From: Candidatus Multivoradales bacterium
Lineage (GTDB): Bacteria; Acidobacteriota; Thermoanaerobaculia; Multivoradales; JAHEKO01
DNA length: 64,000 bases
Assembly (NCBI GenBank): GCA_965248055.1
Contig: CBDFIJ010000004.1
Span: forward strand, 1,792,001 to 1,856,000
Direction: 5' to 3'
The notes below the pieces were generated by a model that saw only the letters and a program-made list of their open reading frames with translations, had not been told where the DNA came from and made no database searches. The position numbers and the translations under genes were made by a program. Below are positions 9,200 to 19,492 of this stretch, piece by piece; within the stretch, counting starts at the first letter, position 1, and the number at the start of each line of letters is the position of its first letter.

Positions 9200-10568
9200 G
9201 AGTTATTGTCAAAAGTTGTGTATTGAGCCATCAGGCGGCGATCTGTTTTTGTTTTTCTCCGTCCACGAACTGGAGACCTTCAACGACTTCGGCAATGCGC
9301 CTGTAGCCCTGTAGCCTCCGCCATCGTTTTTCTGCGCTTTGGCACAGCTTGAAGACCATCGAGAGCATGGTTTCTCGCGACAGACAGCCCCGGGTTTTGG
9401 AGGTTCTCAAGCGTACGGTAGCAAAAGTTGATGCGATTGGGTTGGTGGTCCTCAAATGCACCCAGTGCTCAGCCGGGAAATCGTAGAAAGCGAGTAGCTG
9501 GACGCGATCTTTGACCAAGCACTGGACTGCTTTCGGATATTTAGCTTGGTAGATTGCCTGGAATGCATCAAAAGCCCTCTCGGCATCGTGACGTGTCTGC
9601 GCCATCCAGATTTGGTGGATTGCCTGCTTGGCCTTGGGCTGGATCGCCTTGGGGAGCTTATTCAAGACGTTGGCCGTCTTGTGGACCCAGCAGCGCTGGG
9701 TCTTGGTATTTCCCCACACCTGAGCCAGAGCCTTCCAGAAACCCAGATTGCCGTCACCGATTGCGATCTTAGGCTCGAATGTAAGGCCTCTTGCTTCCAG
9801 GCCTCGCAACAGCTCCAGCCATGACGCCTCACTCTCCCGGTAACCGTCTTCAACAGCGATCAGTTCTTTGTTGCCGTCCGCAGTGGCACCAATTAACACC
9901 AGCAAGCAGAGCTTGGCGTTATCCAGGCGAGCCTTGCAGTAAATGCCGTCAGCCCATACATAGACGTAGCGCTTGGACGAAAGATCGCGCTGCCGCCATT
10001 CGCTGTACTCCTGGCCCCAGACGCGTTTGAGGCGGCTCACCGTCGAAGACGAAAGACCTGGCGCTTCAGGGCCCACCAAAGCTTCCAGAGCTCGTGAGAA
10101 GTCCCCGGTAGAAATCCCCCGTAAGTATAGCCAGGGCAAGAGATCCGCGATGCTCTTGGACCGGCGCAGATACGGTGGCACTAGATTGGAGCGAAAATGA
10201 AGCTCACCCTGGCGATCCCGCACCCGTGGCACTTTGACCGAAATGCCGCCGATTCCGGTCTGGATCTCCCGCTCTGGCATGTAGCCGTTTCTCACCAACC
10301 GCCGGTGACCGACCGCCGTACGTTGATCTTGGTACTCAACCAAAAAACTCTCCACCTCTGCCTCGATTGCTTCGCAAAGAAGCAACCGTGAACCTCGGCG
10401 CAAGACCTCGGTCAGAGCGTCCTCAGGACGCTCTACTTGATCGATTGAAACTACGTTACTCTTGCTCAACGGCGTGTCCTCCTTTTGGGATGATTGAACC
10501 CAGCTTTGAAAACCGGGCTCAGGATACGCCGCCTTCAAACTCTCATACACAACTTTTGGTTATATCTC
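9200..10568 (-). mobile_element. IS256-family insertion sequence (1369 bp)
   Basis: Imperfect terminal inverted repeats GAGTTATTGTCAAAAGTTGTGTAT and GAGATATAACCAAAAGTTGTGTAT (reverse complement); perfect 9-bp TSD GAGGCAACG at 9191..9199 and 10569..10577. Confidence 0.95.
9231..10469 (-). CDS. IS256-family (mutator) transposase, probably catalytically impaired
   Basis: RNGY, VPRVRD, WADG, IGDG, QRCWVH; TNPIAS in place of TNPIES; TTG start after GGAGGA. Confidence 0.93.
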   Translation of the reverse strand: MSKSNVVSIDQVERPEDALTEVLRRGSRLLLCEAIEAEVESFLVEYQDQRTAVGHRRLVRNGYMPEREIQTGIGGISVKVPRVRDRQGELHFRSNLVPPYLRRSKSIADLLPWLYLRGISTGDFSRALEALVGPEAPGLSSSTVSRLKRVWGQEYSEWRQRDLSSKRYVYVWADGIYCKARLDNAKLCLLVLIGATADGNKELIAVEDGYRESEASWLELLRGLEARGLTFEPKIAIGDGNLGFWKALAQVWGNTKTQRCWVHKTANVLNKLPKAIQPKAKQAIHQIWMAQTRHDAERAFDAFQAIYQAKYPKAVQCLVKDRVQLLAFYDFPAEHWVHLRTTNPIASTFATVRLRTSKTRGCLSRETMLSMVFKLCQSAEKRWRRLQGYRRIAEVVEGLQFVDGEKQKQIAA

Positions 10569-10794
10569 GAGGCAACGTGGTTGACCCCACATGCACAACA
10601 TCTCTTAACTATCGTTGCATTCCGCGGCACCACGGTTACATCTCGGTACAATTAATCAAGGATCTGGCAATATGTGTAGTGGACCTGCATGAAAACCAAT
10701 CGCCGGTTCGCCCGTCTTCGTCCGTTGCAGACATTCCAAGTGCGAGCACTAATAAGGTTCTTCGTCTTGATGCCAAGGTCTCCTAGGAGTCCCG

Positions 10795-12366
10795 TTGACT
10801 GACAGCAAACGTAGCTCCACTTCACCGAAGATCTCCTTCTGGACAGCTGTTCTCGCGCTAGCCCTGATTCTTTTCGCTGTCTTCCCACCGTTTTTTCGTC
10901 ACCATGGCTTGTCGTTTCTAAGCCTGGAGCTTGTCGCTTTCGCCTTGATCTGCGGTTTTTTATCTAGCGTACTTCACCTCATCCCCGCGACTAGAACGCG
11001 GTGGTTTTCAAGCACAATCTTGGGTGCTGCCTTGACTCTGCTTATCGACATTCAATTCGGTTCGATCTCAAGCGAGCTTTCTCTGATCGGACATCTCTTC
11101 GTCACAACGGGTGTTTGCGTACTTTTGTTTCCCCATGCTCATCGAGTGCTCACGGCGTTCGCTGGAGTTCTTATCCTGCTTTCTCCAACCGTGGCCACCA
11201 AAAGCACCAGCACTCCCAGTCACCACCAGATCGAACGAGACACTTCGTTGCCGCCGATTGTCTATCTGATTCTCGATGAACACATCGGCATAGGAGGTAT
11301 CTCCAATCAGTTTGTACAAGAGCGCACCAAGATTCTCGGTGAATACATACAACGGGGATTCCTAGTCTACGAAAACGCTTACTCACTGCACGACATGACT
11401 CTTGCATCCATGGGATCTCTTCTTAATGCCCGCCCGACAGTTGAGCATGCGATCGAAGGCAATCGTCAAGAAGGCTTCTCTTTATCGAAATCTGTACTCT
11501 TTCGGTATTGGGCAGATCTAGGATATCGCTTCTCTATCTATCAATCTGAGTATCTTGATTACTGCTCTGCAGCAAAACCGGCGGTCGACCTCTGCATAAC
11601 CTACGATCAATACATTGGGCTCGACGTTCTGAAACCTCTTGAGACCATCGACTACACGGTCACCGCACTATTCTCAAGATCCGAGATTGCTATGAAAGGA
11701 AGGGTCCGTTACAACTTTCTACGTAACAAGGTACCCCAGTCGATACGGCCGCCACGATTGCCTCCGCCGCCAACCGGCTCTTGGGCGGCAAGATCTCGTG
11801 TCGCATTGGATGAGATGCGCAAACAGGCGCTTGTCGACCCAGAAGGAAGAGTATTCTTTGCACACCTACTCCATCCGCACAAACCGCACATCTATGACCA
11901 GGAGTGCCGCCCAAGGAGGTCGACGAGGTCGTCGATCCTTTCGTCTTCGCATTACATGGACCAAGTGTTGTGCATTACAAAGCAGCTCGGCGAAACCCTT
12001 GACGAATTGCTCTCGCTCCCTTCATTCAAAGATGCTGTGGTAGTTGTCCACGGAGATCACGGTCCTAGGCTTATGGGGGATCTTGCGCTCAATGGTGACA
12101 AGGAGATCCCACAGGAATTCATCATTGATAGGTTTTCAACATTCCTTGCGATAAAGACACCTGAAGTTGCTTCTGGTATAACTCGGTTTCCCACTTCGAT
12201 CAACTCAGAAATTCCTGCAATTTGGTCTATACCCAACTCCGTACCCCACAAACCTATGCTTCAATTGACCCAAAACCTTATGACGGTTGAGTCACTGACA
12301 GATCGGAAAGTGCAGGCCATCAACCTTCCGGATTTTTGGGGTTTATCGGTGTCCATGAAGCCTTGA
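10795..12366 (+). CDS. Membrane-anchored alkaline-phosphatase-superfamily (NoeB-like) protein, paralog 3
   Basis: TM N-terminus; PPIVYLILDEH, YSLHDMTLAS, HLLHPHKPH, HGDHG; AGGAG before the TTG start. Confidence 0.85.
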   Translation: MTDSKRSSTSPKISFWTAVLALALILFAVFPPFFRHHGLSFLSLELVAFALICGFLSSVLHLIPATRTRWFSSTILGAALTLLIDIQFGSISSELSLIGHLFVTTGVCVLLFPHAHRVLTAFAGVLILLSPTVATKSTSTPSHHQIERDTSLPPIVYLILDEHIGIGGISNQFVQERTKILGEYIQRGFLVYENAYSLHDMTLASMGSLLNARPTVEHAIEGNRQEGFSLSKSVLFRYWADLGYRFSIYQSEYLDYCSAAKPAVDLCITYDQYIGLDVLKPLETIDYTVTALFSRSEIAMKGRVRYNFLRNKVPQSIRPPRLPPPPTGSWAARSRVALDEMRKQALVDPEGRVFFAHLLHPHKPHIYDQECRPRRSTRSSILSSSHYMDQVLCITKQLGETLDELLSLPSFKDAVVVVHGDHGPRLMGDLALNGDKEIPQEFIIDRFSTFLAIKTPEVASGITRFPTSINSEIPAIWSIPNSVPHKPMLQLTQNLMTVESLTDRKVQAINLPDFWGLSVSMKP

Positions 12367-12409
12367 ATACTCGTGTTGCTGCCCAAAGCCACTTCGTTAC
12401 CTTAGTTCG

Positions 12410-13186
12410 CTAGTTGCAAATCTCACCCTGCGCCAATAACCGAGCATCGCCTCGCAGGTACGCCTGGCCATCGGCAAACTCGGCAATCAGTTCAAAGCCG
12501 GCCGCTGTCACCACAGTGAAGGGCTCGGAACCGCTGGCAAGGCACCAAGCGGTGGCAATGACTCCAGTTCCAGAGGCTAAAGTCTCGTCTTCGACCCCCC
12601 GCTCAAAGCTACGCATGTCCACCACGCTCTTCAACCGCTCCTGGACAAATGCGACGTTGGCTCCTTCAGGCTTCAAGTCTTGATGGCCACGGATTGCCGC
12701 GCCCAAGTGAACTACCGGGACTTCCTGCAGTGGACCCTCCCAGGGCAGTACCGCGTAGGGTACGCCGACATCCACTAGGTGGACGGTGAATTCGCCATCC
12801 TCCACGGCGAGGGGCCTGACCTCAATCTGTGGTGATTGCCATTCCCAGTTGAGGGCCACGGTCTCAGGGTCCAATACCTGGCCGCTCACCGGACCACTGT
12901 CTGTGGCAATCGTCAGAGAATCACCCCAATCTAGCTCTGAGGCCAATCGCACAGCGCAACGGACACCGTTGAGGCACAGCTCAGCCCGCCCTCCATCAGC
13001 GTTGAAATGGACCATCCGCACCTGGATATCTTGACGCCTGAGAACGAACACCCCGTCTGCTCCCAGTGAGACGCCTCTGCGGCATACCTGCTGGACCCAC
13101 CGTGCATCCGGGTCTTCTTTTGGCTCGACCAGGACGATGAAGTCGTTGCCCGCACCAGAAAGCTTGTAAAACGGTGTCCGCGCCAT
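12410..13186 (-). CDS. dapF: Diaminopimelate epimerase
   Basis: GAGNDF, GADG, ELCLNGVRC, ANV, ERGVEDETLASGTG. Confidence 0.93.
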   Translation of the reverse strand: MARTPFYKLSGAGNDFIVLVEPKEDPDARWVQQVCRRGVSLGADGVFVLRRQDIQVRMVHFNADGGRAELCLNGVRCAVRLASELDWGDSLTIATDSGPVSGQVLDPETVALNWEWQSPQIEVRPLAVEDGEFTVHLVDVGVPYAVLPWEGPLQEVPVVHLGAAIRGHQDLKPEGANVAFVQERLKSVVDMRSFERGVEDETLASGTGVIATAWCLASGSEPFTVVTAAGFELIAEFADGQAYLRGDARLLAQGEICN

Positions 13187-13199
13187 CGCGTTCTTTAGA

Positions 13200-14405
13200 T
13201 CACGGCGCCAATACGTCGACCAACTCGCTCGGATCGCTGGCGTTTCCTGATCGATCCACTGCTGTTACTTGGTAGCTGTACTGCTGGCCCGATGACGCCG
13301 TTTGGTCGGTGAACTCGAGGCTAGAAACCAGCGTCTCGTTCAAAGTTTGAGAGAGCCCACCCTGCGATCGAATCACCGCATAGCCGTCGTGGTCACTGGG
13401 TGGTTGATGGCGCCAGAGCAAGCGGATGCCGGTTGAATCTGGAATCGCTACCAAGGCCGTGGGGGCGTCGGGTGGAAAAACGTCACGATAGAAAACCTCC
13501 CGTTGGCTACCCCAGGCGCTCTCAACCCCTCGGGGCCCAACGGCGGTAACCGCGTACACCCAACGCTGACCCATTTCGGCCGTAGTGTCGAGCAACGACG
13601 GTGCTTCGGAAGCGGCGACCGCTTGAAAAGGCGCTCCAAATTGAGGATTCTCGGCCCCTCGGCGGTAGATCTTGTAGCCGGTGACCGACTCGTCAGCCAA
13701 GAGATCCCAAGAAATCCGTATTCCCTCGGCGGTTGCCTCGGCCCGCAAACTGACGATCGACTCTGGCGGGGCAATCGGATGGACAGACGTGATATTGGAA
13801 GTTGCCGAATTTCGGTCGTTGGCTTTGACCACCACAGCATACGAATAGATCCACGGGTCCTGTGGAAGCGCCTCGTCGCGCATGCGAATCACGATCTGGT
13901 CGCCGTCAATCAAACGCCCGACATCACTTTGACCATATTCTTTGATGGTCCCGGCAAAACTCTCAAACATACGCTGGTCGACCCCAGGTAATTCGATCAC
14001 CTCTTCACCATCCAGGTCGTTCTCAGCCGACTCCAAGGTCGCAGCGGCATCATCTTCAGCAGGTTCGATTTCAGACGCTGATTCCTCTTCGCCGGCCGCC
14101 TCTAGGGTTTCCTCAGTGAGTTCCCCAGAATCTAGCGCAGCCGACTCCAACAGCTCGGGGGCTTCCTGGTCAAAGCGCAAAATGTTGATTCCTTGCACCT
14201 CGGTGATCGGCAAACCGCTTTCGGTGACCGACGGATAGCTGAACCGCAGCACGATCTCTGGGCCCTGTTGACTCGCCTGAAGATCGTGAACCGCTGCCGG
14301 AGCCAGCGATGGCGGTGGGACCGGATTGCCTTTGCGACCACAACTCGCTGCCATCAACAGTAAGGCGGAAGCCCAAAGTACTGATTTTGAATACTTAAAG
14401 AACAT
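13200..14405 (-). CDS. Lipoprotein with LptM/YifL-like N-terminus and fibronectin type III domains
   Basis: Lipobox MAAS-C then GRKGNPVPP; FN3 signatures ([25 protein letters not shown]). Confidence 0.75.
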   Translation of the reverse strand: MFFKYSKSVLWASALLLMAASCGRKGNPVPPPSLAPAAVHDLQASQQGPEIVLRFSYPSVTESGLPITEVQGINILRFDQEAPELLESAALDSGELTEETLEAAGEEESASEIEPAEDDAAATLESAENDLDGEEVIELPGVDQRMFESFAGTIKEYGQSDVGRLIDGDQIVIRMRDEALPQDPWIYSYAVVVKANDRNSATSNITSVHPIAPPESIVSLRAEATAEGIRISWDLLADESVTGYKIYRRGAENPQFGAPFQAVAASEAPSLLDTTAEMGQRWVYAVTAVGPRGVESAWGSQREVFYRDVFPPDAPTALVAIPDSTGIRLLWRHQPPSDHDGYAVIRSQGGLSQTLNETLVSSLEFTDQTASSGQQYSYQVTAVDRSGNASDPSELVDVLAP

Positions 14406-15786
14406 AACGGCTCAAATCTTGGTCGTGAACGATATCGCTGAGCGCCTTGCGCACCGCGGCACCGTCGAGGTTGAGTTCTACTCCGTCCATATCGGGAGCC
14501 TCGAAGGACACTTCTTCCAGTAGCTTTTCCATCAATGTTGCCAGTCTGCGGGCGCCAATATTTTCTGTCGAGTCATTGACCGCAACCGCCAGTTGCGCCA
14601 ACTCACGAACCGCATCGTCGCCAAAGGTAACGGTCAATCCTTCGGTCGCCAGCAGCGCCTGATATTGCCGGGTGAGCGCGTTCTCGGGTTCGGTGAGGAT
14701 GCGGAAAAACTCCTCCTCACCCAGCGCCGACAACTCGACTCGGATCGGAAAGCGACCTTGCATTTCGGGAATCAGGTCCGATGGCCGCGCGACGTGGAAC
14801 GCCCCTGCAGCGATAAACAAAATGTGATCGGTGCGTACTGGTCCATACTTGGTGGAAACCGTCGAGCCCTCCACGATCGGTAGCAGGTCGCGCTGCACCC
14901 CTTCTCTGGAAACATCCGGGCCGCGGCCGTCTTCTCGGGTCGCAATCTTGTCGATCTCATCCAGGAAAACGATCCCGGTTTGTTCCACCCGGTGTCGAGC
15001 TTCGCGCTGAATCTGGTTGCGGTCGATGATGGCGTCCGATTCCTGCTGCAAGAGGACTTCTCTGGCTTGCGAAACCGGCATCGAGGTCTTGCGTCGTCGG
15101 GAGAACAAGTTCGGCATCATGTCCTTGAGACCGGAGCCGATATCTTCGCCACCCCCGGGACCGAAAATCTGAAATGCAGAGCCGGTATCTTCTTCAACTT
15201 CAATATCGACCTGGGTGTCGTCCAGGCGACCGTCGCGCAAACGCTTACGGTACTTTTCCCGGGTCGAAGAAAGGTCTTGTGGAGCCGCGCCCGGTGGCGG
15301 GTGGGTTGGCGGGGGCGGGCCGGGCACCAAGATCTCCAACAATCGCTCCTCCGCTCGACGTTCGGCTTCTTCCGCCACTTCAGAGCGCATCTCTTCTTTG
15401 ACCATCGCCACCGCGATCTCCACCAAGTCGCGAACAATCGACTCGACGTCACGGCCAACATAACCAACCTCGGTAAATTTGCTCGCCTCTACCTTCAAGA
15501 ATGGCGCTCTGGCCAGACGCGACAGTCGGCGCGCGATCTCCGTCTTGCCCACTCCGGTGGGGCCAATCATCAAGATATTCTTGGGAACGATCTCGTCGGC
15601 CAAAGACCCTTCGACTCGCTGTCGACGCCAGCGGTTGCGCAAGGCGATCGCCACAGCCCGCTTAGCAGCCGCTTGGCCAATAACATACTTATCCAACTCC
15701 TCGACCGTCTGGCGTGGCGTCAGATCTTCGATCTTCAGAGGTCGCTGGTCGCGACTGGTCAGAGTGTCGACCGGTGCGTCAGTCAT
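14395..15786 (-). CDS. hslU: ATP-dependent protease ATPase subunit HslU
   Basis: [12 protein letters not shown] pore loop, [16 protein letters not shown]-terminal DLSRYVL. Confidence 0.97.
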   Translation of the reverse strand: MTDAPVDTLTSRDQRPLKIEDLTPRQTVEELDKYVIGQAAAKRAVAIALRNRWRRQRVEGSLADEIVPKNILMIGPTGVGKTEIARRLSRLARAPFLKVEASKFTEVGYVGRDVESIVRDLVEIAVAMVKEEMRSEVAEEAERRAEERLLEILVPGPPPPTHPPPGAAPQDLSSTREKYRKRLRDGRLDDTQVDIEVEEDTGSAFQIFGPGGGEDIGSGLKDMMPNLFSRRRKTSMPVSQAREVLLQQESDAIIDRNQIQREARHRVEQTGIVFLDEIDKIATREDGRGPDVSREGVQRDLLPIVEGSTVSTKYGPVRTDHILFIAAGAFHVARPSDLIPEMQGRFPIRVELSALGEEEFFRILTEPENALTRQYQALLATEGLTVTFGDDAVRELAQLAVAVNDSTENIGARRLATLMEKLLEEVSFEAPDMDGVELNLDGAAVRKALSDIVHDQDLSRYVL

Positions 15787-16399
15787 CTGCTGAGAGCACC
15801 TCAATGGTGAGCTGGTCGTTGGTGTAGACACAAATCGAAGCGGCAATCGTCAGAGCTTCGACCGCGATCTCTTGGGCCGATAAATCGGTGTGTTTGATCA
15901 ATGCGCGGGCGGCCCCCAGTGCAATGTTGGAGCCGGAACCGATCGACAGCAGGCCATCTTCATCCGGCGCCATCAGGTCGCCGTTTCCCGAAACCAAGAA
16001 ACTCTGACCGGCGTCGGTGACGATCATTTGCGCCTGCAGTTGGCGCAGAGCGCGATCGGTCCGCCAATCTTTGGCCAATTCTACCGATGCTCTCTCCAGG
16101 TTTCCTTGATACTCCTGGAGCTTGCCTTCAAACCGGGAAAACAAGGCCAATCCGTCCGCCGCTCCACCAGCAAACCCCACCAAAGCCTCGTCATTTTGGG
16201 TTCGTAACACCTTGCGTGCACCCGACTTAACAACCGTGTCATTCATCGTCACCTGGCCGTCTCCCGCCAGGCACACCTCACCCTTACGGCGAACCAGCAA
16301 GATGGTGGTCGATCTCAAGCGTGGGGGATCTGGATTTCCGAAGTGGGCGTTTCCCGAGTCAGCGTTGCCAAAGTTAGGGTTTCCAAGAGTACTGTTCAT
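15779..16399 (-). CDS. hslV: ATP-dependent protease peptidase subunit HslV
   Basis: [27 protein letters not shown]; start codon uncertain. Confidence 0.95.
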   Translation of the reverse strand: MNSTLGNPNFGNADSGNAHFGNPDPPRLRSTTILLVRRKGEVCLAGDGQVTMNDTVVKSGARKVLRTQNDEALVGFAGGAADGLALFSRFEGKLQEYQGNLERASVELAKDWRTDRALRQLQAQMIVTDAGQSFLVSGNGDLMAPDEDGLLSIGSGSNIALGAARALIKHTDLSAQEIAVEALTIAASICVYTNDQLTIEVLSADD

Positions 16400-16544
16400 A
16401 GACTGAAGTTCATTTGATTGGGCATTTCTCTCACCGCTCGGGATACCAGCGTCAAGCGCGAACTGCGATTGATCACTGTAACCGGTACGGGCGCCGGATT
16501 GTAACAACCCTTGGCTTCCCGTGGCCGCTCAAAGCTCCCGGAGA

Positions 16545-17081
16545 TTACGCGACCGGTGCATGGTGCGCTTGTACCAAATCTACCAATCCCTGCGCATCAT
16601 CGGGCGTAACTACTACTCCTTCTTCTTGCCAGCCCAGCAACACCGGTCGATCCAAATTGCTGGTGTAGAGCTCAATTTCCCCCAACAGCCGTGAGTCATA
16701 GCCCCCGGTGGCCACTTGAAATCCAGACCATCGAGTCAACCTGCGCAGATGCTCTGCTTCTTCGTCGGTCAGGTGCCGTGCGAAGTCAGGAAACGGTCGA
16801 CGCAGTCGACGGTGGCGCAACTGCAGTGTCACCTCTTCGCCCTCTTTGCCTTTGGACTCCAGCTCGATCCACATCAGATCCAGATCCCGAGACATGCGAG
16901 CGGCATACGCAGTGAGTAAACCAACCAGAGTCATGATCACCGCTGAACCGTACACTCCTTTAATTAACAGCAGAATCGCCACAGCAAGAACCACGATCGA
17001 CAGTAGGGTCAAACCTCGACCGAGTCGCCGACGATTGGTCTCTACTGAACCTCTGGGACTGCAGACAAACTTCTTGGCCAT
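16545..17081 (-). CDS. Membrane protein with bacterial PH-like domain
   Basis: Two TM helices then GG(Y)DSRLLGEIELY...VVVTPDD, a pattern resembling bPH_5. Confidence 0.6.
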   Translation of the reverse strand: MAKKFVCSPRGSVETNRRRLGRGLTLLSIVVLAVAILLLIKGVYGSAVIMTLVGLLTAYAARMSRDLDLMWIELESKGKEGEEVTLQLRHRRLRRPFPDFARHLTDEEAEHLRRLTRWSGFQVATGGYDSRLLGEIELYTSNLDRPVLLGWQEEGVVVTPDDAQGLVDLVQAHHAPVA

Positions 17082-18056
17082 CTAACTTTCCTTCACCGTC
17101 ATGGTTTCCGCTATCGAATTCACGGTGGGTTCCGGTTCAATCTTGGCGCGCGGATGACTCTTGCGATACACGTGTAGCAGCCGGTCGATATCGACATGGG
17201 TGTAGCGTTGCGTGGTGCTCAAGGAGGCGTGGCCCAACAACTCTTGAATGGTGCGCAAATCCGCGCCTGCTTCCAGCAAGTGAGTGGCAAAACTATGGCG
17301 CATGGTGTGAGGGTGGACTCCCCCAGCTAGCGACGAGGACTCCACATACTGATCGAGAATGCGCCGTACCGAGCGCGCTGTCAACCGCCCACCACGTTGA
17401 TTGACGAAGACGCATTGATCATCGTCCCAAGGTCGGCCGGCTAGCACCTGCCATGCTTCCTGCCATTGGCGCAGAGTTTGCGCAGCCGGTTTGCCATAGG
17501 GGACCATGCGTTCCTTGCCACCTTTCCCCACCACCCGCAACGTCCTGCCTCCGGGCTCAAGATCTTTCCAGTTGAGGGAAACCAATTCGCCAACGCGTAG
17601 ACCGGTGGCATAGAGCAACTCCAACATAGCTCGATCGCGCCGCGAAACAGGCAGATCCCCCTCGGGAGCCTCGAGCAGCACATTCATCTCAGCGGGTCGC
17701 AAATGGCGTGGCAACTTGCGTTCGCTACGTGGCGTCTTGATGGCTTCGGCTGGACTGGCCTCAAGCACCCCTTCGCGACAGGCAAAGCGAAACACCCCCT
17801 TGAGCGCTGACAAGGTCCGGCCCTGGCTGCTGCGAGCGTTTCCGGAAAGGGCCAAATGAGCCAGAAATGCCCGCAGCGCCATCGCGTCGACTTCCACCAC
17901 CTTGATCTCGGTCAGCTTCTTCTCAAAGTAGTCCCGAGATAGAAATTTCGACAATCGGCGCAGATCACCTTCGTAGGCACGAATGGTGTTTTCTGCCAGG
18001 CGGCGTTCTCCTGCCAAATAATCCAAATAGCGAAATACCAACCGGGGAAGATTCAT
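17082..18056 (-). CDS. xerC: Tyrosine recombinase XerC
   Basis: RDRAMLELLYATGLR, HTMRHSFATH, LLGH...Y; located between trmFO and hslV. Confidence 0.92.
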   Translation of the reverse strand: MNLPRLVFRYLDYLAGERRLAENTIRAYEGDLRRLSKFLSRDYFEKKLTEIKVVEVDAMALRAFLAHLALSGNARSSQGRTLSALKGVFRFACREGVLEASPAEAIKTPRSERKLPRHLRPAEMNVLLEAPEGDLPVSRRDRAMLELLYATGLRVGELVSLNWKDLEPGGRTLRVVGKGGKERMVPYGKPAAQTLRQWQEAWQVLAGRPWDDDQCVFVNQRGGRLTARSVRRILDQYVESSSLAGGVHPHTMRHSFATHLLEAGADLRTIQELLGHASLSTTQRYTHVDIDRLLHVYRKSHPRAKIEPEPTVNSIAETMTVKES

Positions 18057-19435
18057 GTTTGGACCGCTCGCACAGGTTGCTCGACAGCACTGTCCGTCTC
18101 CACCGCAAAATGGTAGGGCAGGCCGTTGGTCGCAGCCCACTGCGCCAGGTGCTGTCGGGCGCGGGCGGCATATGCCGGCCTTCGATCTCGCTTGCGCAAT
18201 CGCTGATTGAGCGCGGGAAACAGACCGAAGTTGATATTGGACGGCTGGTATCTCTGCGGTGAAGAAAGGGTCAGATGCCGCGCTAGAGCCCCGAGTGCGG
18301 TCTCATCAGGAATCAAAGGCAACCGCGTCCCGGCAAGCTCGGCTGCCAGATACAGGCCGACCGCCAGCCCGGTGGCGGACGATTCCAGATAGCCCTCGAC
18401 ACCGGTGATCTGTCCGGCAAAGCGGATCTGTGGTTGCGCCTGCAGAGCATACCTGGGGCCAAGATGACGCGGTGCGTTGATGTAGGTGTTGCGATGCACC
18501 TGCCCCATGCGCACAAACTCCGCCGACTCCAGCCCAGGGATCATCCGTAGCACGCGTTTCTGATCCCCCCACTTGATGCGGGTCTGAAACCCCACTAGGT
18601 TGAACTGGGTTCGGGCGACATCCTCGCGCCGCAACTGAACCACCGCGTAGGGCTTGGACTCACTATCCCAAACATCGTCCGGTGGCTCCAGTCCCACCGG
18701 TTTCATCGGGCCAAAACACAGCGTCTGCACTCCCCGGCGAGCGATCTCTTCCAGCGGCAAGCAACCCTCAAAAAAGAGCTTGGCCTCAAAGTTATGAAGT
18801 TCCGCAGTTTCAGCTCGTAATACAGCGTCAACAAACCGCTGGTAAAGATCCTGGTCCATCGGGCTATTCAGGTAGTCATCACCGTTGCCTTTACCGTAGC
18901 GCGAGCCCCAAAACATCTTCGACAGATCTAAAGACTCGGCGCTGACGATCGGCGCGATCGCGTCATAGAAATAGAGCGACTGCTCGCCCAGAAGCTCCCG
19001 CAATTGGCTGCTCAACGCTTCGCTGGTCAGTGGTCCGGTGGCGATCACCACCGGCCCGTCAGGAATCTCGGTCAGCTCTTCACGCCGCAGCGTGATCCGA
19101 GGATGATTATCGATCGCTGCAGTGACCTTCGCGGAAAATTGGTAGCGGTCCACCGCCAACGCCCCACCAGCTGCCACCGCTGATTGACGCGCCGTCGGAA
19201 TCACCAGCGACCCCAACGCCTCCATCTCTCGCTTCAACAGCCCAGCAGGGTGGTTGGGATCATCTGAGCGCAGTGAATTCGAACACACCAACTCCGCCAA
19301 ATCCCCGGTCTTGTGTGCTGGCGTCGACCGCTCGGGTCGCATCTCCCACAGATCCACCTCAAACCCGCGCTCAGCAACCTGAAACGCGCACTCCGTCCCG
19401 GCCAACCCGCCGCCGATAATAGTGAGATCAGGCAT
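18053..19435 (-). CDS. trmFO: Folate/FAD-dependent tRNA m5U54 methyltransferase
   Basis: IGGGLAG, ELVCSNS, FYDAIAP, FEGCLP, GQITGVEGY. Confidence 0.96.
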   Translation of the reverse strand: MPDLTIIGGGLAGTECAFQVAERGFEVDLWEMRPERSTPAHKTGDLAELVCSNSLRSDDPNHPAGLLKREMEALGSLVIPTARQSAVAAGGALAVDRYQFSAKVTAAIDNHPRITLRREELTEIPDGPVVIATGPLTSEALSSQLRELLGEQSLYFYDAIAPIVSAESLDLSKMFWGSRYGKGNGDDYLNSPMDQDLYQRFVDAVLRAETAELHNFEAKLFFEGCLPLEEIARRGVQTLCFGPMKPVGLEPPDDVWDSESKPYAVVQLRREDVARTQFNLVGFQTRIKWGDQKRVLRMIPGLESAEFVRMGQVHRNTYINAPRHLGPRYALQAQPQIRFAGQITGVEGYLESSATGLAVGLYLAAELAGTRLPLIPDETALGALARHLTLSSPQRYQPSNINFGLFPALNQRLRKRDRRPAYAARARQHLAQWAATNGLPYHFAVETDSAVEQPVRAVQT

Positions 19436-19492
19436 ATCGGGATTATGCCACCCGAGTGACTTACCCCTTGACACCAGAGACTGTAGGTATTG

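Noticed and set aside
8980-10790. A gene interrupted by IS256
   Set aside because: On rejoining the flanks I found only short ORFs with no recognisable motif
14980-15810. 276-aa plus-strand ORF
   Set aside because: Antisense shadow of hslU
17082-18056. Phage or island integrase
   Set aside because: Sequence and trmFO-hslV context fit housekeeping XerC; no att sites or phage genes nearby
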